Shown in pieces: positions 48,928 to 57,862 of a stretch of DNA of 64,000 bases. The stretch spans positions 1 to 64,000 of IMG/VR virus record IMGVR_UViG_3300006076_000001; one strand, 5' to 3'. Below the pieces are notes generated by a model. It worked only from the letters and a program-made list of their open reading frames with translations. It did no database searches and was not told the origin of the DNA. The stretch is from a virus. The translations under genes were made by a program, and so were the position numbers. The first letter of the stretch is position 1. Every line of letters starts with the position of its first letter.

Positions 48928-48980
48928 CTTTCTGGTATTTCTCTTGCATCAGAAAGATGCTTAAGCTACTAATATAGCTA
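48928..48980 (+). repeat. Dispersed ~53-bp intergenic element, copy 3
   Basis: CTTTCTGGTATTTCTCTTGCATCAGAAAGATGCTTAAGCTACTAATATAGCTA. Confidence 0.65.
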
Positions 48981-49020
48981 ATAATGTTGTAAAAATGCCT
49001 TTTCTGGCTTCTCTTTAAAT

Positions 49021-49082
49021 AGTTCTTATTCCAGCCTCCTAAATCAATAAGAGAACAAAGAAAAGAGACTGGAGTAAGAACT
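49021..49082. repeat. 18-bp imperfect inverted repeat downstream of the SSB gene
   Basis: AGTTCTTATTCCAGCCTC (49021-49038) / GAGACTGGAGTAAGAACT (49065-49082), 2 mismatches, 26-nt spacer. Confidence 0.75.
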
Positions 49083-49101
49083 AAGAGGAAAGGAAGCCCT
49101 C

Positions 49102-49821
49102 TTAGATATCGTCTAAATCATCGATATCTACATCTGTTACAGTGCTTCCACTAGCTTCCTCTGGTTTTGGAGTTGATGGAGATGCCAATAACCCTGCATT
49201 AACTAAAATGCTTCTTAAATTAGCACAGCTTGTCTCAGTTGCAACTGCTTTATGCATATCTTTCGCTACTTCTTGCACTTGAGCTTGAATTGCATCTTTT
49301 AATTTTTCGTGTCTCCATACTGCTTCTTTATTTGTAGGTAAGATTGTTAGATTTTGATATTTTGGGTCTGTTCCCTCTTTTAATGAAACCAATAAATCGT
49401 GTTCTGCTAAAGGAAACTCTTCATTAATTGCTTTTAAATCTGCTAAGATGCCATCTGCAAATACAAATGGTAATACTTTAAAATTAATTGGTTTAATTAA
49501 TCTACCATCTTTTTCTGTGCCATAAACCACAATTGTAGTTACATATCTGTAAATCGGCTCTCCTAACACCTCAATAAATTTGCCAAATGTCTCTTCATCA
49601 CAGTCTTCAGGAACAATGAATTTGCCTTTAAAGTTATCATCAAATCTGTTGAAATAAAACACTCTGTCAATTCTCACTTTACCATTTTCATTTAATAGTG
49701 GAAAACCGATTCTGTATTTATGGTTTGGCTCTGCTTTGAATTTTTCAACTGTTCTTCTCTCTGGCTCTACCTCATCTAAAGTCGCTGTTTGTTTTCCTAA
49801 AAATTTTTTGTAATCTGCCAT
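49102..49821 (-). CDS. Single-stranded DNA-binding protein (gp32-like)
   Basis: Likely start MADYKKF at 49821 after AAAGGAG; aromatic beta core, LKAINEEFPL..HDL, acidic tail DVDIDDLDDI. Confidence 0.7.
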   Translation of the reverse strand: MADYKKFLGKQTATLDEVEPERRTVEKFKAEPNHKYRIGFPLLNENGKVRIDRVFYFNRFDDNFKGKFIVPEDCDEETFGKFIEVLGEPIYRYVTTIVVYGTEKDGRLIKPINFKVLPFVFADGILADLKAINEEFPLAEHDLLVSLKEGTDPKYQNLTILPTNKEAVWRHEKLKDAIQAQVQEVAKDMHKAVATETSCANLRSILVNAGLLASPSTPKPEEASGSTVTDVDIDDLDDI

Positions 49822-49951
49822 TGTTTCTTCTCCTTTTCGTTTAATTTGTCTTTGGCTTTTGGGTCTTTCGCCCAATGAGCGGAGACCAGTTTAACGACTT
49901 AACTCCAATGGGTCGAATTGCTTCAGTGTTTTTGCCCTCCCAGTGGCTTCA
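49822..49951 (-). promoter_or_regulatory. GC-rich structured 5' leader or ncRNA upstream of SSB
   Basis: Much higher GC than the surroundings; stems GGTCT/AGACC enclosing CGCTC/GGGCG, and CGAC/GTCG. Confidence 0.45.
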
Positions 49952-50620
49952 TTATTTTATACAGTCGGCAACTTCTGCTTTTAATACCTCTTTCATTTTT
50001 TCTTCGTATTCTTTAGATAACTTTGTTCTATCATCATCAGATGAAGTGTCTTTAAGTTTCGCATAATATTCATCTTTAATTTTTTCAATTGCTTGTTGCA
50101 CTTTATTATGGCAACTTTTAAATGTTTCAATATTCCAATTTAAATAAATGTCTTCTTGAACTGCTTTTTTAAAATCACCGCCATTTTTAGCAACTATAGC
50201 ATCTATGTAAGCATACAAAATGTCTCTATAAATAGTAGTCCCATCAAGACCTAATAATTTTTTAAGTTTCCAATATGATATTTTATTATCATAAAGGTTT
50301 TTAAAAGTTAGATAAAATCTAACTGAATCAGACCATTTTTCAAGAGTTTTATATTTATCTTTATAAGAATTAACTTTAGATTTTAATAACTTAACTTGTT
50401 CTCTAAGTTCTTTAACTTCTGAAAATAGGTCTGTTGTTCTTCTATTTGCATCAACTGGGTTGTAACCATCTGCTACCAATTCAGCTCTTTTATCTTTTAA
50501 TTCTTTTTCTTTTTCAACTAATTTTGTTGTTAAAGCTTCTAATTCTTTTTTAGCTTCAGCCCATTGCTCTTTTAAAGCTTCCAATTCTTTAACTTTTACT
50601 TGATTAATTGTTTTTGCCAT
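49952..50620 (-). CDS. Hypothetical coiled-coil protein
   Basis: K/E-rich heptads; strong RBS. Confidence 0.55.
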   Translation of the reverse strand: MAKTINQVKVKELEALKEQWAEAKKELEALTTKLVEKEKELKDKRAELVADGYNPVDANRRTTDLFSEVKELREQVKLLKSKVNSYKDKYKTLEKWSDSVRFYLTFKNLYDNKISYWKLKKLLGLDGTTIYRDILYAYIDAIVAKNGGDFKKAVQEDIYLNWNIETFKSCHNKVQQAIEKIKDEYYAKLKDTSSDDDRTKLSKEYEEKMKEVLKAEVADCIK

Positions 50621-50658
50621 TTTCTGACTCCTTTTTCTGATTTCATTTATTTATAATA

Positions 50659-50671
50659 ATGAAACTTTCAT
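50659..50671. promoter_or_regulatory. Palindromic operator ATGAAA-N-TTTCAT, copy 1
   Basis: Within a ~40-bp segment repeated at 51441-51479; adjacent to a TATAAA box. Confidence 0.6.
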
Positions 50672-50680
50672 CTTTTAATA

Positions 50681-51445
50681 TTAGATAAGTTTTAAAGCTT
50701 TTTTAAGAATGTAATTGTCACTTTCTTGTGCCACCTCTTTAATAGCTTCTTTAATAGGTTTTAATAAATGAGTTATTCTCACTGCTGACACACCTAACGC
50801 TTTAGCAATTTCTGATTTAGAATACCCTAATAATAGCATATCCATAATAGTTTTTAATGTATCATAGTTTTGTTTAACTTTTAATTTATTAAGAATTTTA
50901 TCTTGTAATTGTTCCCACTCTGCTACTTCGTCTGGTTTGTATTCATCATACATTTGACTAACAACATAATCAAGTAAATCGTCTAAACCACCCTCACCCT
51001 CTGAATTTTCATTAAAGTGAGTAGAATCTACTTCAACATCAAATTTTTTAATATATTTTTGAGATAATGCTGATAACTCTCTTTGAAACATTAAATGTAA
51101 TAATTGTTCTAAACCTGCACCACCTTTTGTTTTTCTTTCTTCTCTTGTTCTAAAATTTTTAAATGGGTCTCTTTGTAACATAATGTTTGTAAAAGCTTCT
51201 ACCAAGATATCCCAAGCTTTATCATAATCACCATTACCTATTACCCAAGCTAATTCTTTTTGAACTAATTTAGATAAGTTTTTAGTAAAGAAATGTGGGT
51301 CGTTTTGGTTATTTTTTGTTAATTCATCAATTAAACCTCTTTTTTTAAGCACTTCGTAAATTGATTCACTGATTTTATTAATGTTTTTATTAAATTCATA
51401 AGCTGTCATTCCCAGTCTCCTTTCATTTGTTCTCTTTAATTTCAC
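50681..51445 (-). CDS. Sigma factor-like / C-terminal HTH regulator (likely start MTAYEF at 51409)
   Basis: Region-2-like DKAWDILVEAF; region-4 HTH LLGYSKSEIAKALGVSAVRITHL. Confidence 0.65.
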   Translation of the reverse strand: MKLKRTNERRLGMTAYEFNKNINKISESIYEVLKKRGLIDELTKNNQNDPHFFTKNLSKLVQKELAWVIGNGDYDKAWDILVEAFTNIMLQRDPFKNFRTREERKTKGGAGLEQLLHLMFQRELSALSQKYIKKFDVEVDSTHFNENSEGEGGLDDLLDYVVSQMYDEYKPDEVAEWEQLQDKILNKLKVKQNYDTLKTIMDMLLLGYSKSEIAKALGVSAVRITHLLKPIKEAIKEVAQESDNYILKKALKLI

Positions 51446-51457
51446 TTTTTTATAGTT

Positions 51458-51470
51458 ATGAAATTTTCAT
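51458..51470. promoter_or_regulatory. Palindromic operator ATGAAA-N-TTTCAT, copy 2
   Basis: ATGAAATTTTCAT upstream of the sigma-like gene. Confidence 0.6.
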
Positions 51471-51509
51471 TTTTTAATATATTTAGAATTAAAGACTCTC
51501 TCTAATAAA

Positions 51510-51539
51510 ATTAAAGCACACCAAAGGGTATTTTGTCAA
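51510..51539 (-). promoter_or_regulatory. Sigma70-type (early) promoter candidate
   Basis: TTGACA-18 nt-TTTAAT with extended -10 TG. Confidence 0.45.
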
Positions 51540-51555
51540 GATATGTGAAATTGAC

Positions 51556-53397
51556 TCAACCCTCCCATTCCCATTTAAAATTACCAGAATTATAAACCCG
51601 ATACCACCCAGCTAAATCCATAATTTCCCGTTCTGTGTAATCACCTTTAGCTTCAAAAACTTTAGAAATAATAGGCTTTAAATAATCATAATTTAATAAT
51701 TTATGTTTTTGAAAATGATTTCTACTGTATCTCTTAGTCTTATCTGGACTGATATAAAAATAAGATGGGTCAGTTATACTAATCAATTTAAATCCCGCTT
51801 TATAATAAACCGAATCAGTCTCAAGATTGTTTAAATCTATTGCCGAAAAGGTTATGATTTTATCAGGATTATTTTCTCTTAAAAAGTGTTTAAATAATTT
51901 AGAGAACCCACCGACTACTGAATAATTTCTCTCCGTAGCAAATCTATCTATTTCCCAATAATCCTTTTTCTTGATAAAAGTCAGAACTTGAATCAATTTG
52001 TCTTGATAAAATAAGCCATAATATAAATTGGACGATTTAGTCCCCTGAAAATGATTTCTATCTAAAAAGTCTTTAACATCTTTATATTTAAGTTGTCTAA
52101 TTTCACATTTTCTAGCATAAACCCTGTATTTTGATTTACCTAATTGATTCCTTATAAAAGCAAATACTAAGTCTCTCTTATTCAACCACCAATCCTCCCA
52201 GATATGTACTAACTTAATTCCTTTTTCTGCAAAATACAATGACTTTTCTTGATGATACTTTGGATGTTTAAATTGGTCTGAATGCCACCTAATCCCGTTA
52301 AACTCAAAGCCTATATTAAGTTCTGGAATAAAGATGTCTATTTCATATTTACTGTCTTTGTATTTAGTAGTATTAAATCCAAAAGATTCTATATATCTTC
52401 TTATCTCTTCCTCCCCATTTGAAAAAGTATTCCCACATTTAGGACAACCCTCACCCTGCAAATGAGAATTAACCTGTTGATGGAATAAGCCGTGTTGAGG
52501 ACAAATAATTGAAACTTTTTCTTTACTATTTCTATAATGTTGTTTCCACCAATCTAATGATGGGTAAATATATTTATTTCCGTGAATTTGTGTAGCTTTT
52601 TCTATAAACTCTTGATAAGAAAGTCTATTTTTATCTCCCATTGTTTCATAACCACATTTAAGACAGCCTTTACCACTTAGATGACTACCCACACCCTGCA
52701 TAAATTCTCCGTGTTGAGGACAAATAATTGGTACTTTGGTATCTTTATTTTTATAATTCTCTTGCCACCACTCTTCATTAAAAGGGTATTGATACCTGTT
52801 TTTATGGATTTTGGTAGCTTTACTAATAAAGTCTTGATAAGATAACTTTTTATTATTAGCACATTCGGGACAGCCTAAACCTTTTAAATGATTTTCTGCT
52901 TTTTGATAAAATAACCCGTGTTGAGGACAAATGATAGGGACTTCACTTTTCATCCCTCTATAGTTATTACACCACCAATCATTATCAAAAGAGTAATTAT
53001 ATAAATTATTATGGACTTTAGTGGCTTTTCTTATAAAGTCTTGATAAGAAAGTTTTCTATTTTTAGCACATTTAGGACAGCCGTGATTATTAAGATGGTC
53101 GTTTATTCTTTGATAAAATAAGCCGTGAATGGGACAGATAATAGGTATTTTAGTTGCACTCCCACCAAAATTATCTATAAACCAATCTAATGTAAATTGA
53201 GAGTAATCGTATCTGTTATTATAAATTTTGATTAATTTCTCTAAAATTAAATAATATTGGAACTCTTTTGGTAATCTTGAAATAACAGCGGAATTTATAG
53301 ACTTTAATTCCTCAAGAGAGGAATTATTGAGAAATTGTTTCCATTTATTTAAATTAGTTAGATTATCTGTAAGTTGTCTAATATCTGACAATCTCAT
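51556..53397 (-). CDS. Putative homing endonuclease: 4 zinc repeats + Hef-like nuclease C-terminus
   Basis: Paralog of 29251-30891; EIDIFIPELNIGFEFNGIRWHS, YARKC, GGFSKLFKHF, YNSGNFKW. Confidence 0.8.
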   Translation of the reverse strand: MRLSDIRQLTDNLTNLNKWKQFLNNSSLEELKSINSAVISRLPKEFQYYLILEKLIKIYNNRYDYSQFTLDWFIDNFGGSATKIPIICPIHGLFYQRINDHLNNHGCPKCAKNRKLSYQDFIRKATKVHNNLYNYSFDNDWWCNNYRGMKSEVPIICPQHGLFYQKAENHLKGLGCPECANNKKLSYQDFISKATKIHKNRYQYPFNEEWWQENYKNKDTKVPIICPQHGEFMQGVGSHLSGKGCLKCGYETMGDKNRLSYQEFIEKATQIHGNKYIYPSLDWWKQHYRNSKEKVSIICPQHGLFHQQVNSHLQGEGCPKCGNTFSNGEEEIRRYIESFGFNTTKYKDSKYEIDIFIPELNIGFEFNGIRWHSDQFKHPKYHQEKSLYFAEKGIKLVHIWEDWWLNKRDLVFAFIRNQLGKSKYRVYARKCEIRQLKYKDVKDFLDRNHFQGTKSSNLYYGLFYQDKLIQVLTFIKKKDYWEIDRFATERNYSVVGGFSKLFKHFLRENNPDKIITFSAIDLNNLETDSVYYKAGFKLISITDPSYFYISPDKTKRYSRNHFQKHKLLNYDYLKPIISKVFEAKGDYTEREIMDLAGWYRVYNSGNFKWEWEG

Positions 53398-53434
53398 CTG
53401 ACTCCCTTTATATTATCTTTACTTTTTATAATAA

Positions 53435-55117
53435 TTACATTTCATCTTCTAAGTCTCCAAGAATTTCTTTTTTAATTTTTGCTTCCTCTTTTATTTTTCT
53501 TAATGTCTCTTCATAATCCATTCCAAGATAATCTTCAATTAAAATGCTAACTGGTAATTTACCATCACTAATAAGGTCACTAATTTTATCAATATAATCT
53601 TCTATGATTACACTACCTTTATAATAACCTATTCTTGGATAAATAGGTTGAGGCTTTCCTAAAGTGTTAAAATAATAAAATCCTTTTTTAATAGCAATAG
53701 GGATAACAATTCTATCTCTGATTATACTCATTATATGAGAGGTAATAGTGTTAAACTCAGTTTGTAACATTTGAAGACTAATAAAACTATTTCCATATGA
53801 ATCGTCTCCACTAATAAGTGCTGTAGGGACACCTAACCCACTAGCAACTGCTTCTATTAATTCACCTTTATCATCATCAGATAAACTATCCTTAATTGCA
53901 AAGTCTATATCTGTTACGGATACATCATAATTAGTTCCTATAATAGATATATCATTTTGTTGAGCCATTTCTGTAATGTCATCTACCAAAAGATTTATTT
54001 CGTCTGGAGTGCTTTCAGTAGAAGTAACTATCTTTACATTTTTATCAATTGCATTAATTTTCTTTCTTCTTTTTAATTTTGCTGTATGTAAATCTATTAA
54101 CTCCTCTAAAATAGAAATTAAAGTGGTAGATTTATCATCAGTTGCTATCTCTACAAAGTAGATTGGCTCTGATGTATCATTAGTAATAGTTATTGTTTCC
54201 CTACCCTCAAAAATAGCATCTACATTTAAAGAAGCGAATGTAGAAGTATATCCCATTCTTACTAGCTTAGATACAATCTGTTTTTTAATGTTATGTTGTG
54301 CTTCTTCAGAATAACCAAATTCTGACATTAATTTAGGTTTATTTGACTCTATGTATTTTTTGATATATGGAGAAACTGGGATTTCAATTTCCATAAAGTC
54401 GATTTCTGTATTTTCTGAAATAGAATTTATCTCAAACACTGAAAGGACTTGTATTCTTTCTATACCTGAAAAATTAGCATCAAACATAGGCATTATTTTT
54501 TGAATAACCCATTTAATATCTTTATAAACTACTTCCTCTGGATTTATATTATACTTTTCTACAATCTGATTAATTTTTACCAAATCATCTTTTATATAGG
54601 TAACTATTTTAGTATCATCTAAATAATCAAAGTTACTGTATGCTTTATTGTCTATTTGCTCTGTATCTACAATAACGAATGCTCTTCCATAAACATAATA
54701 ATTAAAAAAGATTTTATGTAATTTATCTATAAAATTAATTTTTTCAAAATTTTGAGAAAAGAAATCATAGACTACATCTTGTATAATATCATTATCAGGG
54801 TTTTTAGGTTTAATAATTGAAACCGCCGATAATGGTATCTTAATTTTAAGATTAATAGCTCTCCTAACAATATGATTCTTTTTGTAAAAATAATATGCTA
54901 ACAAAGCCTGATGATATGAGCTTAGTATGTCTAAATTTAATGACCCCTCAGATAACCTTGCTATTAATGCTGAAGCTTCTACCAATAAAGGGTCATTGTC
55001 ATATTCAATATCATCTTCATCACCGCTTAAAATCTCTTCCTCTATAAGTTTATTATTACTTTTAACAAAAGAGAAAAGAGAAGCTGTCATATGAGTTTTT
55101 TCTGTTTTTTCAGCCAT
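53435..55117 (-). CDS. Portal protein
   Basis: YFY..NHIVRRAINL...PLS, YYVYGRAF, SGLGVP.ALISG..SYG..ISL; 560 aa; near the terminase genes. Confidence 0.75.
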   Translation of the reverse strand: MAEKTEKTHMTASLFSFVKSNNKLIEEEILSGDEDDIEYDNDPLLVEASALIARLSEGSLNLDILSSYHQALLAYYFYKKNHIVRRAINLKIKIPLSAVSIIKPKNPDNDIIQDVVYDFFSQNFEKINFIDKLHKIFFNYYVYGRAFVIVDTEQIDNKAYSNFDYLDDTKIVTYIKDDLVKINQIVEKYNINPEEVVYKDIKWVIQKIMPMFDANFSGIERIQVLSVFEINSISENTEIDFMEIEIPVSPYIKKYIESNKPKLMSEFGYSEEAQHNIKKQIVSKLVRMGYTSTFASLNVDAIFEGRETITITNDTSEPIYFVEIATDDKSTTLISILEELIDLHTAKLKRRKKINAIDKNVKIVTSTESTPDEINLLVDDITEMAQQNDISIIGTNYDVSVTDIDFAIKDSLSDDDKGELIEAVASGLGVPTALISGDDSYGNSFISLQMLQTEFNTITSHIMSIIRDRIVIPIAIKKGFYYFNTLGKPQPIYPRIGYYKGSVIIEDYIDKISDLISDGKLPVSILIEDYLGMDYEETLRKIKEEAKIKKEILGDLEDEM

Positions 55118-55128
55118 TTTATTCCTCC

Positions 55129-57468
55129 TTAATTAGCACAACCTACACAAATATAACTAGTAGGTCTTGCGTAATAGGTTGTTTTAATACCTTTTTGCCA
55201 AGCTTTGATATAAAATTTAGCTAAATAATTTGAATCGTGTTTATTACTAAAATAAGGAACTTCCATAGAAATACCCATATCTACCCATTTTTGGAATAAA
55301 GCATAAGTATCTAAGTATTGAGTAAAGATGTCAATGTTATAAAGAGAACTTGCATTATAGACCCATCTATATTTATCATATTCAGGAACTACTACTGTCT
55401 CTGTTCCAAAAATACCTGTTTTTTCATAAATTGGAGATTTAATAGGCATAATTGATGCTGTTTCTCCCATAACTGCTGAAGTTCCAGTATTAGGAGCTAT
55501 AGCAAAAAGTCCAGTGTTTGCCATTCCTTTTTCTTTAATAAGATTATGAAGTTCAATCCATTTATTACCTAATTTACCATTTTTAGCGATTTCTTCTACA
55601 GGTCTACCAAAGAATACACCTCTTTCCCAATCTGAGCCATAAAATGCTGGAGCTACTCCAAAAAATCCAGTAGCTTTAACTGATGCTTTAATTACATAAT
55701 AAGCTACTCTCTCAAGAACTTCTTCAGTCCATTTTAAAGCTTCTGGTGTCCCATAAACTAAGTTATGTCTAGCTAATGCATGAGCGTAACCAATATAACC
55801 TATACCGATTTTTCTAAACTTTTTATCGAATTTAGTTGATTGAGGATTTGATGAATGAGTTAAACTCATTACTGCGTTTAATTGTAATACTATGGTATCA
55901 GCTACATCCCCTAACTCTTCATCTGATAAATCACAGATTTTATTAAAGTTTAAAGATGATAAATGACAAGTAGCCGCAAATGAATCTTTTAAATTCCATT
56001 TAATAGTTTCGATGTCATTTTCAAATAAATGTTCTTGTGGATTAATGTCATCATTAAATGGAGTATGTATCCCTAAAAATTCCATACATAAATTACCAGA
56101 ATAAATTACACCTTTATGTTTATTTGCATTTGCTCTATTAACTGCATCTCTATAAAAGAAAAACGGGTCACCTATTTCTGGGACTCTGTCTATAATTTCC
56201 ATATAAAATGACAGAGCGTCCACTTGTTTAAATAGTCTTAATTTACCCTCAATCCCCATTTGTTCCAGCATTTTATACTTTTCTTCAAACTCTTCGCCAT
56301 AAAAATCAGATAAATCTTTACCCAAAATCTGTTTAATTTCATAAGGGTCAAATAAAGACCATTTTCCTTTTTGTTTTATTCTCTTAAAGAATAAATCAGG
56401 AACTGAAACACTTCTGAAAATCGTAGTAGCTTTCTTTTTAACATCACCATTAATGTCTTTCAACTGAATAAAATCACCAATGTCAAAATGCCATAAATCC
56501 ATAGTAACATTAGCATTACCTTGTCTTATGTCTAATTGGTCTGTTGCTGATACACAAGCATCTACAATCCTAATGTATGGTATTGACCCACCAGCAACTC
56601 CCCATTTTCCTTTAATTGCTGAGCCTCTTGCCCTAATTTTCCCCATATAAACACCGAAACCTCTACCCATAGATAAGTCTTCAGTTAATTTAACAATCGA
56701 ATAATTTATTGATTTCAAACTATCACCAATAGCAAGAACTTCACAAGATGTCCCATTAAAGTTATTTGTTCTTAAATTAGATAGTATTGGAGTAGCTGGA
56801 GAAATTGTTCTTTCTTTAACAAAATGTTTAAATAGTTTTTTTACCATTAGATTTCTAAAGTCTTTAGATTTAAACACAGAAGCAATTGCCATTGCAACAC
56901 CAAGATACATCTCTTGTGGTAACTCAACTACCTTATTACCTTTATTAGCTAAATATTGAGACTCCATAGACCTCAAAACAACTGGTTCTAATTCATTTTC
57001 CCAATTTTCATTATACATTGAAACAAACTCTTTTAAGTCATCATCTGAATAACAGCTAAACAACTCTTTATTCCAAACACCTAATTCCATAAGCTTTTTA
57101 ATAACTTCTATTCTTGTATCAATAGAGCCATACCCAAATTTCCTATTTACTTTAGTCCCTAAAATTTTTGCCGTATTGTATCTAATCCTTTTATTTAAGT
57201 CCATATTAATTAAACGACCTTTTACATAAGTCCAATTAGGATTATCAGAATCAATTAATTGTTCTGCTGTATCAATTAACATTTGCTGAATTTCTATTGT
57301 TTTAATACCATCTTTTATTAATAAAGAAAATTTTTCTTCTAACACCTGAGGGTCTACCCCATCAATCCCCTCTGTAGCCCATTTAATTGTTCTTCTAATT
57401 TTAGAACTATTCCATTCCACTTTAGAGCCATCTCTTTTTTCTACAAAGACTTTTCTATTACCTACCAT
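55129..57468 (-). CDS. nrdA: Ribonucleotide reductase class I alpha subunit with ATP cone
   Basis: VEKRDG ATP cone, ELPQEMY, SPATPIL, TSC, SGNLCME, GIGYIG, AIAPN, GIKTTYY, C-terminal CVGC. Confidence 0.95.
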   Translation of the reverse strand: MVGNRKVFVEKRDGSKVEWNSSKIRRTIKWATEGIDGVDPQVLEEKFSLLIKDGIKTIEIQQMLIDTAEQLIDSDNPNWTYVKGRLINMDLNKRIRYNTAKILGTKVNRKFGYGSIDTRIEVIKKLMELGVWNKELFSCYSDDDLKEFVSMYNENWENELEPVVLRSMESQYLANKGNKVVELPQEMYLGVAMAIASVFKSKDFRNLMVKKLFKHFVKERTISPATPILSNLRTNNFNGTSCEVLAIGDSLKSINYSIVKLTEDLSMGRGFGVYMGKIRARGSAIKGKWGVAGGSIPYIRIVDACVSATDQLDIRQGNANVTMDLWHFDIGDFIQLKDINGDVKKKATTIFRSVSVPDLFFKRIKQKGKWSLFDPYEIKQILGKDLSDFYGEEFEEKYKMLEQMGIEGKLRLFKQVDALSFYMEIIDRVPEIGDPFFFYRDAVNRANANKHKGVIYSGNLCMEFLGIHTPFNDDINPQEHLFENDIETIKWNLKDSFAATCHLSSLNFNKICDLSDEELGDVADTIVLQLNAVMSLTHSSNPQSTKFDKKFRKIGIGYIGYAHALARHNLVYGTPEALKWTEEVLERVAYYVIKASVKATGFFGVAPAFYGSDWERGVFFGRPVEEIAKNGKLGNKWIELHNLIKEKGMANTGLFAIAPNTGTSAVMGETASIMPIKSPIYEKTGIFGTETVVVPEYDKYRWVYNASSLYNIDIFTQYLDTYALFQKWVDMGISMEVPYFSNKHDSNYLAKFYIKAWQKGIKTTYYARPTSYICVGCAN

Positions 57469-57493
57469 TGTCTTGTTACTCCTTTCTTACTTT

Positions 57494-57850
57494 TTAAGCT
57501 AATTTTTCTAACTGAGAAACTATTTCATCATCTTCAATGATTTCTAATAAAGCATCCCTGTATGTTTTAATATGTATATCTGCTTGTTCTAACTGATTCT
57601 GAATCATATTAATTAAAAATAAATACTCTCTCTTAAGGTTTTCATCTGTATTAATACAATCATCATCATAAAGACAATCATAATTTATTTGAGACAGAAA
57701 CTTTTCTACAATTGGTCTAAGTCTTTCTAAAAGTATGTAATATTTATCTGTCTCAACTTCTCTATCTGAAAAATCAACTAATGGTATATCATTATCTGAA
57801 TTTTGTCTTTCTTCCATAAAAAGAGGAACAAAAGAAAATAAATTAGCCAT
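57494..57850 (-). CDS. Hypothetical protein
   Basis: Acidic ORF; N-terminus (ANLFSFV) resembles the portal N-terminus (ASLFSFV). Confidence 0.5.
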   Translation of the reverse strand: MANLFSFVPLFMEERQNSDNDIPLVDFSDREVETDKYYILLERLRPIVEKFLSQINYDCLYDDDCINTDENLKREYLFLINMIQNQLEQADIHIKTYRDALLEIIEDDEIVSQLEKLA

Positions 57851-57862
57851 CTTAGTTCCTTT

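Noticed and set aside
49822-49951. tRNA or hammerhead ribozyme
   Set aside because: No cloverleaf or T-loop; CTGAAGC and CGAAA are not arranged as the CUGANGA-stem-GAAA core
29251-53397. CRISPR array or diversity-generating retroelement explaining the repeats
   Set aside because: The repeats are in-frame protein units of about 210 nt with variation at all bases; no reverse transcriptase or cas gene seen
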